DNA of 64,000 nt from Perna viridis (Eukaryota). Below are positions 39,101 to 49,700 of the stretch, piece after piece. The stretch covers positions 58,472,862-58,536,861 of the forward strand of contig CM074511.1 of assembly GCA_037379345.1 (NCBI GenBank). The letters are read 5' to 3'. The stretch's first letter is position 1, and each line of letters opens with the position of its first letter. Made by a program: the position numbers and the translations under genes. Below the pieces are notes generated by a model that saw only the letters and a program-made list of their open reading frames with translations, was not told where the DNA came from and did no database searches.

Positions 39101-40012
39101 AAACAGGGCGTTATGTTTGAGATGAAATCCAAGTCTAACTTAGACATTTATGTGTCTTTCAACGAAAATTATCACGAGGATACAAGGTCACTCAGAAACA
39201 TTGGAAAAGTCAGTCTTGACAGTGCCGTGTTCGATGTTTTCGAAGGAGATACATGTTTTCTAAGATTTGGTGAAAATAATTTGCGTATAAAATTGCCTCT
39301 TAATCTAAACGAAAAGGTTGACAAACATCTATTTAGTTTTGAAATAGAATATGAGCAGTCTTCAAATGGTAATGGTTCTGAGAGATTGAGAATTAACACA
39401 ACAAGGCTTCAGACAGTAAATACAGACGTTTGTTGTCTATATTTCGACATTCCAAGCAATTTAGATGCAAGTCGTGACCAAGTCAACGGTTCTATGTTCT
39501 TCAACCAGAGATGCAATTTTTCTGTGTTCTTCAAGGAAAGAGCAATTAAGACGTACAAAGAAATTAACATTAGCAAACGAGCATTTACAAAACATGCTAC
39601 TCTTCCATCAACAGCCCTGAAAATTAAGAAAGGAGGCTGGATAAAGATAGGTATTCAACATGGATGCACAAAGGATTCGGAACGGGAAGAAATTTGCAAG
39701 TATCGACACATGCGTGGGAACTATATTACAGATGTATTTTCGTCTAACCTTGTCCATTACACATCCACCTACGTACAATCATTCATAATGTATCGACATC
39801 AAAATAATTATATTACGCAAGATTCTCCTGTAACAATAACTAATGATACTCTATATGTACGAAATGAATCAACAGAAGTAAAAGTAAAGGCAATTTGTAA
39901 AATTTGTGGGGAACATTTGTATATTTGCACACCATTTCCTGAACTTATGCCGACAACAGAACTTATCATCAATAAAGTAGATAATGAAGAAGATGATAAT
40001 GATACTGTCTGA
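11256..40012 (+). CDS. Giant (~3,956 aa) ankyrin-repeat protein with N-terminal ubiquitin-like domain and uncharacterised repeated C-terminal domains
   Basis: Phase-consistent exons: 11256-11260 (aaacATGGG|gtaagt), 18060-18396, 21758-21941, 22359-24057, 24871-26410, 26723-26888, 28615-28777, 30340-30561, 31197-35571, 36833-40012; total 11,871 nt, one open frame. An alternative in-frame path skips 28615-28777 and uses acceptor 30387. Many ankyrin motifs (GTPLHIYAALG, GATPLHYAAANG, GRSPLHES, GSTPLHYACEKG, GKSALHHLANNG, ESSLHFAAIHG, ENALHVAVRRS). The first two exons are the least certain. Confidence 0.8.
11440..11712. repeat. 39-bp minisatellite, about 7 copies
   Basis: Consensus caatgttgacgtgagggtgtcgttcagtagatcaccatt; contiguous units, no spacers. 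Confidence 0.9.
11745..12545. mobile_element. TIR MITE (~800 bp)
   Basis: ~40-bp imperfect TIRs: ggggacgaccatttgatatcgagggggaggcttggagga / tcttccaagcctccccctcaatatcaaatagtcttccc. Confidence 0.75.
15078..15125. repeat. (TG)n(AG)n compound microsatellite
   Basis: Direct read. Confidence 0.95.
15454..15902 (+). mobile_element. Penelope-like retroelement 3' fragment (family A)
   Basis: Encodes the RT C-terminus (RLLEQGYVATRLKSSLQKFYGRHHEL) plus a shared 3' tail ending cttgattactctt. Confidence 0.8.
18873..20624 (-). CDS. KLHL10: Kelch-like protein 10-like (BTB-BACK-6x Kelch; CUL3 substrate adaptor), intronless, nested antisense in an intron
   Basis: 583-aa single ORF: BTB (LNELRRKNLFCDAVI...HRVVLASCSQYFRSLF), BACK, and six Kelch repeats with GGFDG. 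RPRVPSSVIFTVGGWS..NSIETYD resembles the KLHL10 subfamily. The symbol is by recognition, not by phylogeny. Confidence 0.9.
   Translation of the reverse strand: MEIADSDFVMELNELRRKNLFCDAVITFPEEKGVIIPIHRVVLASCSQYFRSLFKYGTDESNKEINISGVSSETIRQVLEYVYIRTVNINERNFENIFAAADRFHIFGLMKECTQYLINEICIENCIGILKFAKYYNCEVLKSKAMKFVSSNLANILELSQEFVAMEPSDLLELLENDELLVNDESEVFQAIHRWIDFSYISRRNQYGSLFRAVRLAFCKQNFITDVIEKNKTIKKSKVCEAAIEKAKQVLDLRGKTQITKVSLNDPLLRPRVPSSVIFTVGGWSSEGVVNSIETYDKNVDNWYTTVQPMTSKRSYHGTVTSNNLIFVIGGFDGLRYLSSVICFDPERKAWFERGPMHFARCYVTACVVDNFIYACGGFDGRHRHDSVERYDNTCNQWTLVKPMMQTRSDAGSASYNRKLYVVGGFDGQTCLDSVECYDPVNEQWTLLEKMSMARSGVALVTLNNSLVALGGYDGGSRLQSVEQFDFKRNTWRSFDSMEVGRSNFAAVVLNGNVFAIGGFDGETTSDAVEVYDPLTKGWSRTHGLNSGRSAVSACVVSNHGALRDFTFYGAQGHADTDEMSNS
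20704..20711. promoter_or_regulatory. Perfect CRE palindrome TGACGTCA, 80 bp upstream of the KLHL10-like ATG
   Basis: Exact 8-mer in a locally CpG-rich stretch (ATACGCGCGCGTAG at 20761); AP-1-like TGAGTCA at 20636-20642. Confidence 0.35.
22233..22273 (+). mobile_element. Extreme 3' remnant of PLE family A
   Basis: ttttgattaccgctataaccttggttcccttgattacgctt matches 15862-15902. Confidence 0.7.
22359..24057 (+). CDS. Giant ankyrin gene exon 4 (ankyrin block 1)
   Basis: ORF 22349-24061; acceptor ttcag at 22358, donor AA|gtaaga at 24057; about 10 ankyrin-like repeats. Confidence 0.9.
24105..24222. repeat. A-rich (AAAAAC-type) low-complexity tract
   Basis: Direct read; similar tracts at 8800-8865 and 10409-10476. 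Confidence 0.9.
26572..26648. repeat. Hairpin formed from the 3' end of the same tRNA-derived element
   Basis: Arms aaaaattcccaacgatgttagaactg (26580-26605) and cagttctaacatcgttggtaattttt (26623-26648). Confidence 0.8.
28847..29916 (+). mobile_element. Full-length HINE-like Helentron-associated element
   Basis: Sub-terminal inverted repeat gctcacctg (28853) / caggtgagc (29881), (GTC)n microsatellite, internal ~163-bp tandem core repeats, 3' hairpin aggctcc-tg-ggagcct (29895-29910), T-rich insertion site. Confidence 0.8.
30792..30891. repeat. ~100-bp imperfect palindrome (fold-back or mini-MITE)
   Basis: gaacagtcaaatctagaaaacgtgtccttat ... ataaggacaccatttctaaatttgattgttc. Confidence 0.7.
31197..35571 (+). 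CDS. Giant ankyrin gene, 4,375-bp exon (ankyrin blocks plus start of C-terminal repeats)
   Basis: ORF 31231-35580; acceptor ttacag at 31196, donor ATG|gtaagt at 35571. Confidence 0.9.
35845..36683 (+). mobile_element. Penelope-like retroelement fragment (family A), degenerate RT
   Basis: Degenerate motifs APLLADLF, RYIDD, ASYLDL, TKLYDKRDGFSFCIVNF, FISQLI; same 3' tail. Confidence 0.85.
36833..40012 (+). CDS. Giant ankyrin gene, 3,180-bp last coding exon (unassigned domains)
   Basis: ORF 36818-40012; acceptor tttcag at 36832 in phase 0 with the previous exon; TGA ends at 40012; AATAAA at about 40653. Confidence 0.85.
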   Translation: MEDVFRRDVKLRIDWQSLESRRRSGNYDLVLKLLSGNSNRNLLGGLHDVLNQCLYIRQDLYDMYDETTVNLALQPLSHIQEVVVTYVDTLQGADTTRKPTSTSLSDMLTWEFTYDKNTLKYNRENFPLLTALVRYHQLGGAVYSSISRILNLNTNITEEKKGDKDKPQDRITLDIDIKSFGVKNGTMIHEKLCQGISREVDAIASECEAMLRLSINSKRALLRNSPSVQGTGITIHDSSVTVSVCLSMNSQKILTVERGQIRQKLEEIEDQQMFSSWDPEKLDPVKHEIDDITQYLKSEFGFCTQIIFDEKRLMLSVFQKYRREMTHPHTLMLNLMLKCCRQLLDSLKETILQIFDGLPVDYVMYLNKDKSVLIGMWTKVPSVNVTTYDQASTYMALIAKKVKLMYKGRFWWSIDFEWQRREEYSCNLIDITKAEHCWQHSDFKTTPIFPTNERKREFGLISLSNNLYRITDSKMFGEVLSKFPGKVNITPDIYFEVESMSSFSLRDKLSAELDRTLKNTNQFNKTNIIAQVEIMLFSCFNELKISRPNISIDFESFERTYKSDKCNAPDIAQNIILVAYHFENALLEIKSKFKGNALNTARFRDREPRREIGMPCMRFSDIMNGFKGILQNIKSIVIRKNEEDQQNSSGKMKRSKASNPSIHFTEEGVIVLLSNATVDRSLKNSMETLLTNVFVSSLSKEVVNHVSVETGIAARYLQVNYKYSESLLFKESALWHAYLHQKGSLNLSSFHALKVDKQGVMFEMKSKSNLDIYVSFNENYHEDTRSLRNIGKVSLDSAVFDVFEGDTCFLRFGENNLRIKLPLNLNEKVDKHLFSFEIEYEQSSNGNGSERLRINTTRLQTVNTDVCCLYFDIPSNLDASRDQVNGSMFFNQRCNFSVFFKERAIKTYKEINISKRAFTKHATLPSTALKIKKGGWIKIGIQHGCTKDSEREEICKYRHMRGNYITDVFSSNLVHYTSTYVQSFIMYRHQNNYITQDSPVTITNDTLYVRNESTEVKVKAICKICGEHLYICTPFPELMPTTELIINKVDNEEDDNDTV

Positions 40013-43000
40013 GGTATGTTGAAACATTTCAGAAAAAAATGTATGTCTTTAAACATATGGAACTATTACAACATGTAAATTTAATATGACCGTTTCATTG
40101 TGACGTGAAGTAAGCTTGTCAGAAGTGGAACCTCACGATGAATTGAACCTTCCAAAGATGATTAATTATACGTCACAACCATGCACAAGTGTGTTGAAAC
40201 GAAGTAATCTGATTGGATATTAGTCGGTGAGCAGACTGACGTTGTACATCCCCGAAATTATATTTTCTTTTTCGCGTGACCTTCGTTAAGCATTAATATG
40301 ACGTATATCTAGTTCCATTCGTCATGAGGTACGATGCCAGATTCCACGTTTGTACAACACATTTAATGCCACGGCCACGCTGAATATTATGGTGTATAAT
40401 TTGTCCATTGATGTGGAATATTGCACTTGTTTTAGTCTGTGTTTAAACTTATGGGTTTTTGTATTGTTGGTTTTTATCTGATATTTTAAGAGGTCACGTG
40501 TTTGTTTTGTTTTGTGCTTTTTTATTTTATGATATAGTCCTTTTTTAGAATATGTTCTTTTTAAGTACTTTACTTCAATACAACACCTATAGATTTTATT
40601 TATATTTTAATTATGTATTTACTTTTTATATAATTAATTGCCATACATTATTAATAAAGATGTACTCGGACATTAGCATACTTTTGATATTTATTTTAGC
40701 AACATCAGTTTATTTTTTAAAGATTGTTTCCAATGTATTTATTTGACCTTTCTATCTGTAAAGTGTTTTACTTGGGTTTTGAAGTGATGATGTCGCTGCA
40801 TTTCTGTACATGTTAAGAAAGTTAAAATTCAAAGTGATTTTGCCAATTAAAGACAGAGACGACTGGTAATAGATTGATTCTTAAATTTCTAAAATGTTTG
40901 GTCTATTTGGTGGGTTGTAAAATTAATTTCAGCATCAAGCATCGGTGGACTAACTTTACAAGAACTGATAGTGCCAACTGTTTTCTTGAAAATTAATTGA
41001 TTTTTTAATACCTTAGATTCATTTTCCCCCTAAAAATGAAATACAAAACTGTCATTTTGTAGTTTTAAAAGAAAAATTTTGTTTGTGAATAGTATTAGTG
41101 ATTTACCATTAATTACTCCGCTATCCGCCATTGCCTCGCGTCAATTACACCTCTTATCGAACAACACTGTGATATTGATTTTTTTTTTACCTTTTTATTT
41201 TTACATTGACTTCTAAGTGCCAACATATTTTACAATGAAACATGGTTTTGAAGATAATATAAAACACTTTTAATTCATTATTGTAACATTGTAAATAAGT
41301 AGTATGTATACTTCACAAGCTAGATATTGTTAACTGTAATTGGATTATTGTATACCTTGATATGATTTTTTTGTTTTAGATATGAACTTTATTAACTGAC
41401 TAGCGTAAGGTTATTTTGTGATAGCTGACAGTTGAATTTAAATCATTGTGTTTAGACAGGTTTTATTAATTATTTTTGTAATTATATAGTAATAATTATT
41501 ATTATTGTTGTTATCATACGAACGCAAAATATTTTCCATTCAAGTAATGGTATGGCTGGTTCGTCGTCAACACGTACGGACTTAGTTTCCGTAAAATATA
41601 ATACGTGAATGCTGAATTCTGAATTATCAAATTATCAAAGCATTTATTTTGTATCAGAAACATGTGTTTTGTAATGTGTTGATACTTATAACAATTGTTT
41701 AGGGTACGACCTTTGTAGTCGTACGAAATACTTCATCATTTTTTATCATTTCCATCATCATTATTAGTATGACAAATATACACAGTACGCTTTATTGATT
41801 TGACCAACTTTCCCCAATGTAAATGAACAAATACACACCCAAGTATTGAACACCATTTCGCTCACTGAAGTTGACTTCTTTAACACCATTTTTCTCTCAA
41901 TTACAACGATGAATAATATCATTTGTATAATTCCTTCTTTTAATTACTGGGGTATGTAGGAATGTCTGTCGGTCCATCTGTCAACCAATTTTGTAAACGC
42001 AACTCTTCCTATTGAATTTTATGAAACTTCATAGGATGATCATAGACATTATGCGTAGATGTGCATAAAGGAGCATCGTCAAAAACTTTTTAAATGGCGG
42101 ATCTAGGAATCAAATTGTTACTGTTTCGCATGACAAATTCCCAGGTTTATTTTTCTAATTTTTTGTATACACTTACATATATTTTTCTGGTACATGTTTT
42201 CTATTATTTTGCTGTCATAGTTTCCTATGGGGACTTGACCTACCTTTGTGAAACATGATATTTCATTCAATGCAAGCATATGATTTCCTCCTTTCTCACA
42301 TTTTAGCCACCTACATGTACAATATGTAATATATCGTTTTATTTACATCTGATACAGAAGTATTATTTAACTTATTAAATCCAGTAACCTTTTATTAACA
42401 ACTAGAGAGGGGGAGTGTACGTTTACTAATAAACTTATGGCATTGTTTTGTCAGAGAAAGCAAATGTGATCAATTTCTTCCCGTCTATTGACCAAATAGG
42501 TTTTGGAAAAATATGTTTTTACAGCGAGCAACATAGTTAACCTCAGGGAATAGAGTTGGTCTTCACTGAATTAAATATGGCAGTTCTAACATTTCAATAA
42601 ATTTAGATTAAAACACCTTTGAAATGATAGAAACTTAAATCTCATTGTTAATTGTCCAGTTAAACACCAAGGACATTTCACCTGGTGAAGATCGTTCAAT
42701 CAAAGGAAGCCCTTAAATTTACTAGTATAACTCACTGTAATTCCTAGCAAAGTATTCTAAGCAAGATTTTAATTTTAACCACTTATTTCTTAAGATAGTT
42801 TGATTGAAAAATGAAAATTTTTTATTATAAAATCTATTTTTTTACATATCAAAATACATGTACAAGATTTGCTTCATTTTGGACAATATTCAACACGAGG
42901 TATTCAGAGGTTCAAATTAGGACCCTCAATTTCTGATGCGGTACCATTGCAATTTTGTTCACCTACCAAGTCCTTGACCACACTTTATATTTACTCTTCT

Positions 43001-45465
43001 AGTGGACCTTTCAGTTAGGATGCAAAGATGCAAAAAAATAATGTTGCAGGTTTGAACCTCAGGTGCACAACATCGTGTTTCTAGTTAAGTGTAAGTTTTT
43101 TTTTGTAAAAATCAGGCAAAATGGGAAAAAATCAGAAACACGTCAAAAGCCTACCGATCTGACAACATTATATCACTCAAGGAAGCTTTCTCTATTTGAA
43201 AATACCATCATTTGATCTCTCCCTTGCTCAGAAATTTTCAATAGTATGTTTGAAAAATGAGGTATTTAACGGTGCCATCTACCGTTGAAATGTTCATTTC
43301 CAGTGCATTTCAATGAAATTATAACTTTATTGACCAAAATTATATGGAAAATCTTGTTTTTTTTTCCACGATTCTAACGGTGCGAAAAGTCAAATTATAC
43401 TTTCAAAATGGAGATTTTTCATACAATGTTTTACCTACTGCCTGATTCTTACATAGACTGACACTTAAATGTCCTGATATAATATTTTACAACAGGGATT
43501 TACAAAATGTATAATAGAACTTAAGTTAGTGGATAGTTTTATTTTATTGTAATTTGTAATATACTGGATTTTAAAAGTGCATTACTGTGATACTACTGTT
43601 AAATTATTGTGACTTTTTTCAATAAATTACGTTTTTAATTGATGTTATTACAATTAAGTTGATGCGTATGAACAGGTAATATATTAATTTGAAACCAAGA
43701 CATTAAATTTTTATACAGACGTCTTTCTAGACGGGACTTCTTATAGTTTTCCGGTGTCCGTTCTTCTTTCACGTTTTTTCGCAATAACTCAAAAATACTG
43801 TGATCAATTTTTGTGATAAATTGTTTCTTTCCATTAATATGAATTTCCGATTGTTTGTTTGTTTATGGAATTTAACTTGTACAAAAATAGGGTGATTATA
43901 TGTTTTTTTACTGTCTAGACAGGACGTATTATGGTGTACTGGTACATGTCCGTCCGTCCGTTTGTCTACATAGAACGCATTATGGTGTACCGGAAGTTCA
44001 CACTTCGCAGAATAACTGAAAAATACTGCCACAATTTTTAAAAGATTTGTCGATTCAGTTCTATTGATTTGAGATTCGTTTCGATTTTTATGAAGAATTG
44101 ATCCGGTAACTAAAGGACAAAATTTTGCCTCAAAATTAAAGTTTACCCAATTTTTGTAAATTTACGATTTATTGTTATGGCACCTTCTTAATAAAAGGGG
44201 AGATTTCACTGTTTCCGGACTACAACTCAGTACCGGTTGCACCCATTTTACAAAACTTTGAAACATCGTTTATTACTGTAGAAGTTAGCTCCATCTTAAA
44301 TTGTTAAGAACATCTGATTTTCTGTTTTCGATTTTTTTTTACTTTATTCTTAAAAGTAAAGATCCTACATCACTGTCCATTAAATTATAAACGCTCCAAA
44401 CAATTTTATGGAACTTTGTTGAACTGGTTTTTTTAACAATGTTAGCTTCTTTTTGATTTTTTAATGACAATGAATTCCAGAGATGTATCAAGCTTGAATA
44501 CAGCTCCATATTTACCTAATGGAAAAATTAGGATTTTACTTATTTCCACAATATTTCTTTTGTATGTTGAAAAAGATGTGTTTTGAAAATGAATAATATT
44601 TTTTATACGACTGGAAAAAAAATCAGATCGGACAATAGTATCATGCTGTCTTCGCCACCATCGTGGTCGTTGTTGATCTTCCGTAGATACTTCATATCTG
44701 GATAATAATTTAAGTATAAGTACATAAATGCCACTATACCGCAAAAGGAAGAATTGATTGATGTTGGGGGTTGTGACTTGAATCATTTATGAATAAGGGA
44801 CCAGAAACCAGCTATTTCCGTGTTGTGCGGACAACAACTTGACTATAAGAGAAAGAATCAATTTGAAAATGTACATTATTATGCTATACCTCACAGGGAA
44901 GACTGGGGTTGATTTTTGGAGTTGTCGCTTGAATTGTTTATAAATTACGTGACAGTAACAAGCAATTTCATGATGTCGGGACAATAAGTTGACTAAAAGT
45001 GAATGAATCTTTCTGAAATTGTATTACATGGTGTTTTTCCACAAGAAGAATGCTTGGATTAATTTTGGTGTTTTGACTTGATCAGGAACGGGACCAAAAG
45101 GGATCAGAAACAAGCATTTTCCTGATGTACAGATAATAACTTGAGTCAAAGTGAATGAGTCTTTTTGAAATTGAAACAAAGATGCCACACAATGTTCCAA
45201 ATTTTGAAGGGAAAAAATATGTTGCTGCGTCCTGCGAAAAATATTACTGGAAGAATTATTTTCTTGGTGCATTGCCATAATTTATATGAATCCCAGTTTT
45301 AATATGTTGTGTACCTCTAATCTGTTGAGGTACACGAAGTTTTGTTCAGATTAAGGTCAACAACAATACCATAATGAAACCTTAGAATTCTAGATTTATA
45401 CATACAATAAAGAAAATACAGCAAAAGTTAAAATTCAAATAATCATCGAAAAGCCTTTTGTCATT

Positions 45466-46325
45466 TTTTTAAGACCGCAAGTAAAAAAAAATGCTGTCGT
45501 GTATTAGTATGGCGCTGTCGTCGTCGTCATCATCGTCGTCTCTTGGTTTTCGTGCCATAACTTGAGTATTTATTGGTCGATCTTTATAAAATTTTATAAC
45601 AAGGTTACAAACCAAATAAGAAAGGTTGGTGTTGATTTTGGGGGTTATAAAATAGTCTAAATGGGGTCTAAAACAAGCAATTCATATTATACAATTCAAC
45701 TATAGAACTCCAGTAAAATCTTAAGAATGTCAATGTTCCGCAATATTCTAAACCAAAATTATCATACTTGGATTGATTTTGGGGATAAAGACTTGAAATT
45801 TAAAAGTGGGACCAGAAACATGCATTTTCCTGATGTCCAGACAATAACTTTACTGTTATTTATTTTTGGTCCTATTTCGAGTTTTTCTTTATATGATATA
45901 TTAAGAAAATCCGTGCCTGCATTTTTCAATCAGATATGATTTTTGAATTATAAGGGGTAAAAGGAACCACACCTCAAAAATTCAACTTTATATTTTTGGG
46001 TCGGTTTTGAATTTTTTTTTTATTGGATTCCTTATGAAAATCCCTGCCTGCATTATTAATGAGATTTCAGATACCTTTAAGGTTTTCGAGTTATAATGGG
46101 TCAAAGGGGCCACATCCAAAAAATCACGATTTTTAAAAAAAAATTTTGTACGATTTTAAAAAGTTTTAATTGAATTTCAGGTTTTGTGCTATATTGTGTC
46201 CAAACCAGAAGTAATGTCCATCCCTATGCTTAAGTGTGTCAAAAACTAATATTGTGCCCACACTTGCCCGAACTGTTCAGGGTTTGACCGTAGATCGTAT
46301 GCTGCGCTCCGCGAAGCTTTTTAAT
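45466..46325 (+). mobile_element. Second HINE-like family, near-complete copy
   Basis: 5' tttttaagaccgcaa...(GTC)n and 3' aactgttcagg...tcgtat..gctgcgctccgcgaagc. Related pieces at about 13540-13630, 14720-14790, 16540-17420, 27900-28505 and 44600-45240. Confidence 0.6.
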
Positions 46326-46728
46326 TATTGATGTTCAGATGAGCACAGAGGAAACATTTTAATCATAGCAATCGAAAAATGAATACTATACAGAAACATA
46401 GGCAACCTAAACCCTGTGAACACGAACAAGTCGAATCGGAAAGTTTCCTTTGTCTTTTTATAAAACCTTCGGTTTGTTTACTCTATCCTGTTTCGCGACC
46501 TCTGTTCAAAGACGTTTAATTATTTTTTTCCATTGTTGACTTTTAGGCATTAGATGACCAATTTAAGTATTTTACGTCGTACTTTTATTTCAAAAATATG
46601 AACAAATCAGTAAACGTAATAATTTTGGTTAGATCTACATCATGAAATATATATGACCATTTATTTTAATACACTTTGTGATTTTTTCCGCAAAAAAGAA
46701 GTACACGTACTACATGTACGATCATGTA

Positions 46729-49700
46729 TTATTTCAAAATAACATGTTTGAAGTCAGGTTTGTCCAAAAGGCTACTAAATCCACCGCTGATCGGATTTCT
46801 GTATGTTGTAGCATGCAGGGGGACTTCTTCCAATGACAGATGATCTGGACTTGGTGTAACCTAAAAAATGTTTGGGTCATTCATTCTTCTTTTCCAATTT
46901 ACCAATTTTATTACATATTTGAAATTTATATCAATATACATGTACCGTAATGAATACTCTTACTTTGATCACATAGATTGCCCAAATTACAATCAAGCTT
47001 GCATTCAGCTCACGAACTACTGAAATAGGTACATTCAATGCCCAAATGCACTTACTGAAAACTGCAATAATTTTTTTAACACGCTCTCGCACTGGTATTA
47101 AAATTGACTTGAAAAGATTTATTTCGCTCTGAATTCATCACTTTGGTGGTAAAAACTTCCCTAAAAATCACATTCATGGCAAAAACGTTTTACTTGTTCT
47201 TTTTTTAAAAATTATTCTTTTTGTTTTGTTTATGTTGTTGAACATTTAAAAAAATCTATTTCAAAGCTGTAATAGTTTTTCGAACTGTCCGTACTCTTAC
47301 CATAGCTTTCATATGAGACAACTGTTGTCCTTTATATGCTATTATAAATACTTGGATTATTATCAGCAGCAAAAGAGTTGTGGTAACTACTGCAAAGGTA
47401 ACTTTGCTGTTACAAGAAGTGGCCGTTGATTTATCTAAAAGATTAATTGTACACATAAACATAATCCATTTGTCCATTTCTGTCGTGTGAGAGGAAAAGT
47501 AAAAATAAAACTTAAGTTGAACAAATACTACAAGTATTCTGTAAATTAATTCTTGCTATAGCACTGATGATGTAGTAGACCACAATTTCAGAGAAGAATA
47601 TGCTGTCTTTCGAAAAGGACGAGAATGCATCGATAAGATTAGCATGATCCATAACATCATCTAGCAAAGCATTAAATAAAAATCAGATAGGAGGTGATTA
47701 ACACATATCAAAAACCCAGGGAATTCACTTATATTTCTTATCAAGAATCATTTATTAACCATATAAACAGTCTTAGTTTTTTATTTGGGTGTTGAGCTTT
47801 GAAATAAAATTTATATAGACTGTACATGAAATTAGCACGCTGCAAGAGTAATCGTTCTTGATTTGGTTTGATTTGGTTGATTTTAGTGAGATTTCAGATC
47901 AGATCTAATTACAGAAATGACCACTGTCATATAAAGATATAGCAAAATGTAGACCAAAAACATCGTTTGTTCCGTGGGTTTTTCTACATCATGAATCACC
48001 TTACCATATTCAGTGTCTGATTTTTAAATGGAATATGCTTTTATGCATCAATTTTATTGCATAAATGAAGGCCTTTGGTAGAGTTCACAGAGACATCCTA
48101 TGGAAAGTTCAGGGAGCTTATGTAAGTCCACCCAAAATTAGAGCAATTATAAAATGCTTCTACACTAACTACAAATGCGGCATTGTATAAGGGAATGCTA
48201 TCGCTGAGCACACAGTATTATATCTGTTGTAAGGCAAGGTGCAATATTGTAACTTTTTTTATGGCCATTAATGGTGCAGTATGAAATAGCAAGAATTAGA
48301 AATGGAATTAATTGGACAAAATTTAGTCAATTTGATCTCACATACAACTTTGATGAGAAACTTTCAGGCATCATTTGCAGGAAAAAAAGCAACACTGTCA
48401 GATAACATATAGAGACTATTGGTCTAAGGATCAATGCAGCAGAGGCCAAACACCACCCTAACTGATACTATCACAATTAATGACACCAATTCTGAGACCG
48501 TTGATGACTTCACATTCCTAGGAAGTACAATAAGCTCTCAGACTGATAAGTACTAAGAAAGATATCAAACCACGACCGGCCTTCAGTCCATTTTGACGTC
48601 ATTAACGTCGATTGCAGTCTGCAATACAAATAATGCTAAACTAAATAAAGTTTTGAGGAAGAGAAAAATCTCAATTTTCACTTTAATCGACTAAAAATTA
48701 TATTATAAGGATTGTTTTAAATTTTTGACTAAGTAATGCACGCATGACTAACTTTGGGGCAGTTTACGCTTGTTCACAAACCACATCGCATAACCTGGTA
48801 AAAAATCTTACGTAAAAATTATAAAAATATACAATGGCGATAAGAGAAAGAAGACAATAATACCTGTTAGTCCACTTATAACAGCATTTTCCACCTTTAC
48901 TTGAAAAGTAGTAGTTACTGTATTTTCAGGATCAACTGACCTTCGTTTCCTCGAACTACCATCACACGTGACCTTCAAAAACACATAACACAAAGAATAA
49001 CAACATAACTTTAGAAAAAAAGGATTATTTTTTATTCAAATACAGGCATTTATATTAACACTACTGATTAACTTGAAAGATTTCAAACAAGGACAGGTCA
49101 ATGCTTCATAGCAGTTAAAAACAGTACGAATTACTGACGATGCCCATAGCAGTACACAAAGTGGAGATACGTTTTAGAAAAGTGGGGGACTCTAAATTGA
49201 TCAAAATTCCCAATTTTGTGGACAAAAGTTGCCGAAACAAATCATGTTTGTGTTTATCTTCAGCAGTATGCTGCTCCTGTTTCTGGTATATTTATTAAGT
49301 TCTTGTTGTTTGTTTGCCTGTTTCTTATTTTTATTTTGCTTATTGTTTGTGTTTATTTATGTAACCGAATTTAACTTTTGACTGATTTCTCTTGCGTATT
49401 ATTAGGAATACAAAAATAAATAAACGGTCGAACATCCAGTCATTTCGTTTAGTATGCAAACTGCTTGGTTTACAGAAAATAACGACTTTGATGTATCAAA
49501 TTACTTTAAACAACAAATACTTTGTTCGGGCTGTGACATTCTGTTAATTTGTTTACAATACAAAAAAGCTTGCGTTTTATTTATACCTGAAAACATTCGG
49601 TAGTTGAGCAGTATTTAATCCCCAACTGAAAATAAACTAGCCCATAGGGCGACACCTTGAAATAAGCCATTTCGAATTCTGGACTGTAGGCAATGAACGG

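Noticed and set aside
22349-40012. Treating the four long plus-strand ORFs as separate, operon-like genes
   Set aside because: Each begins at an AG acceptor and all but the last end just after a GT donor, with matching phases, so they read as exons of one gene
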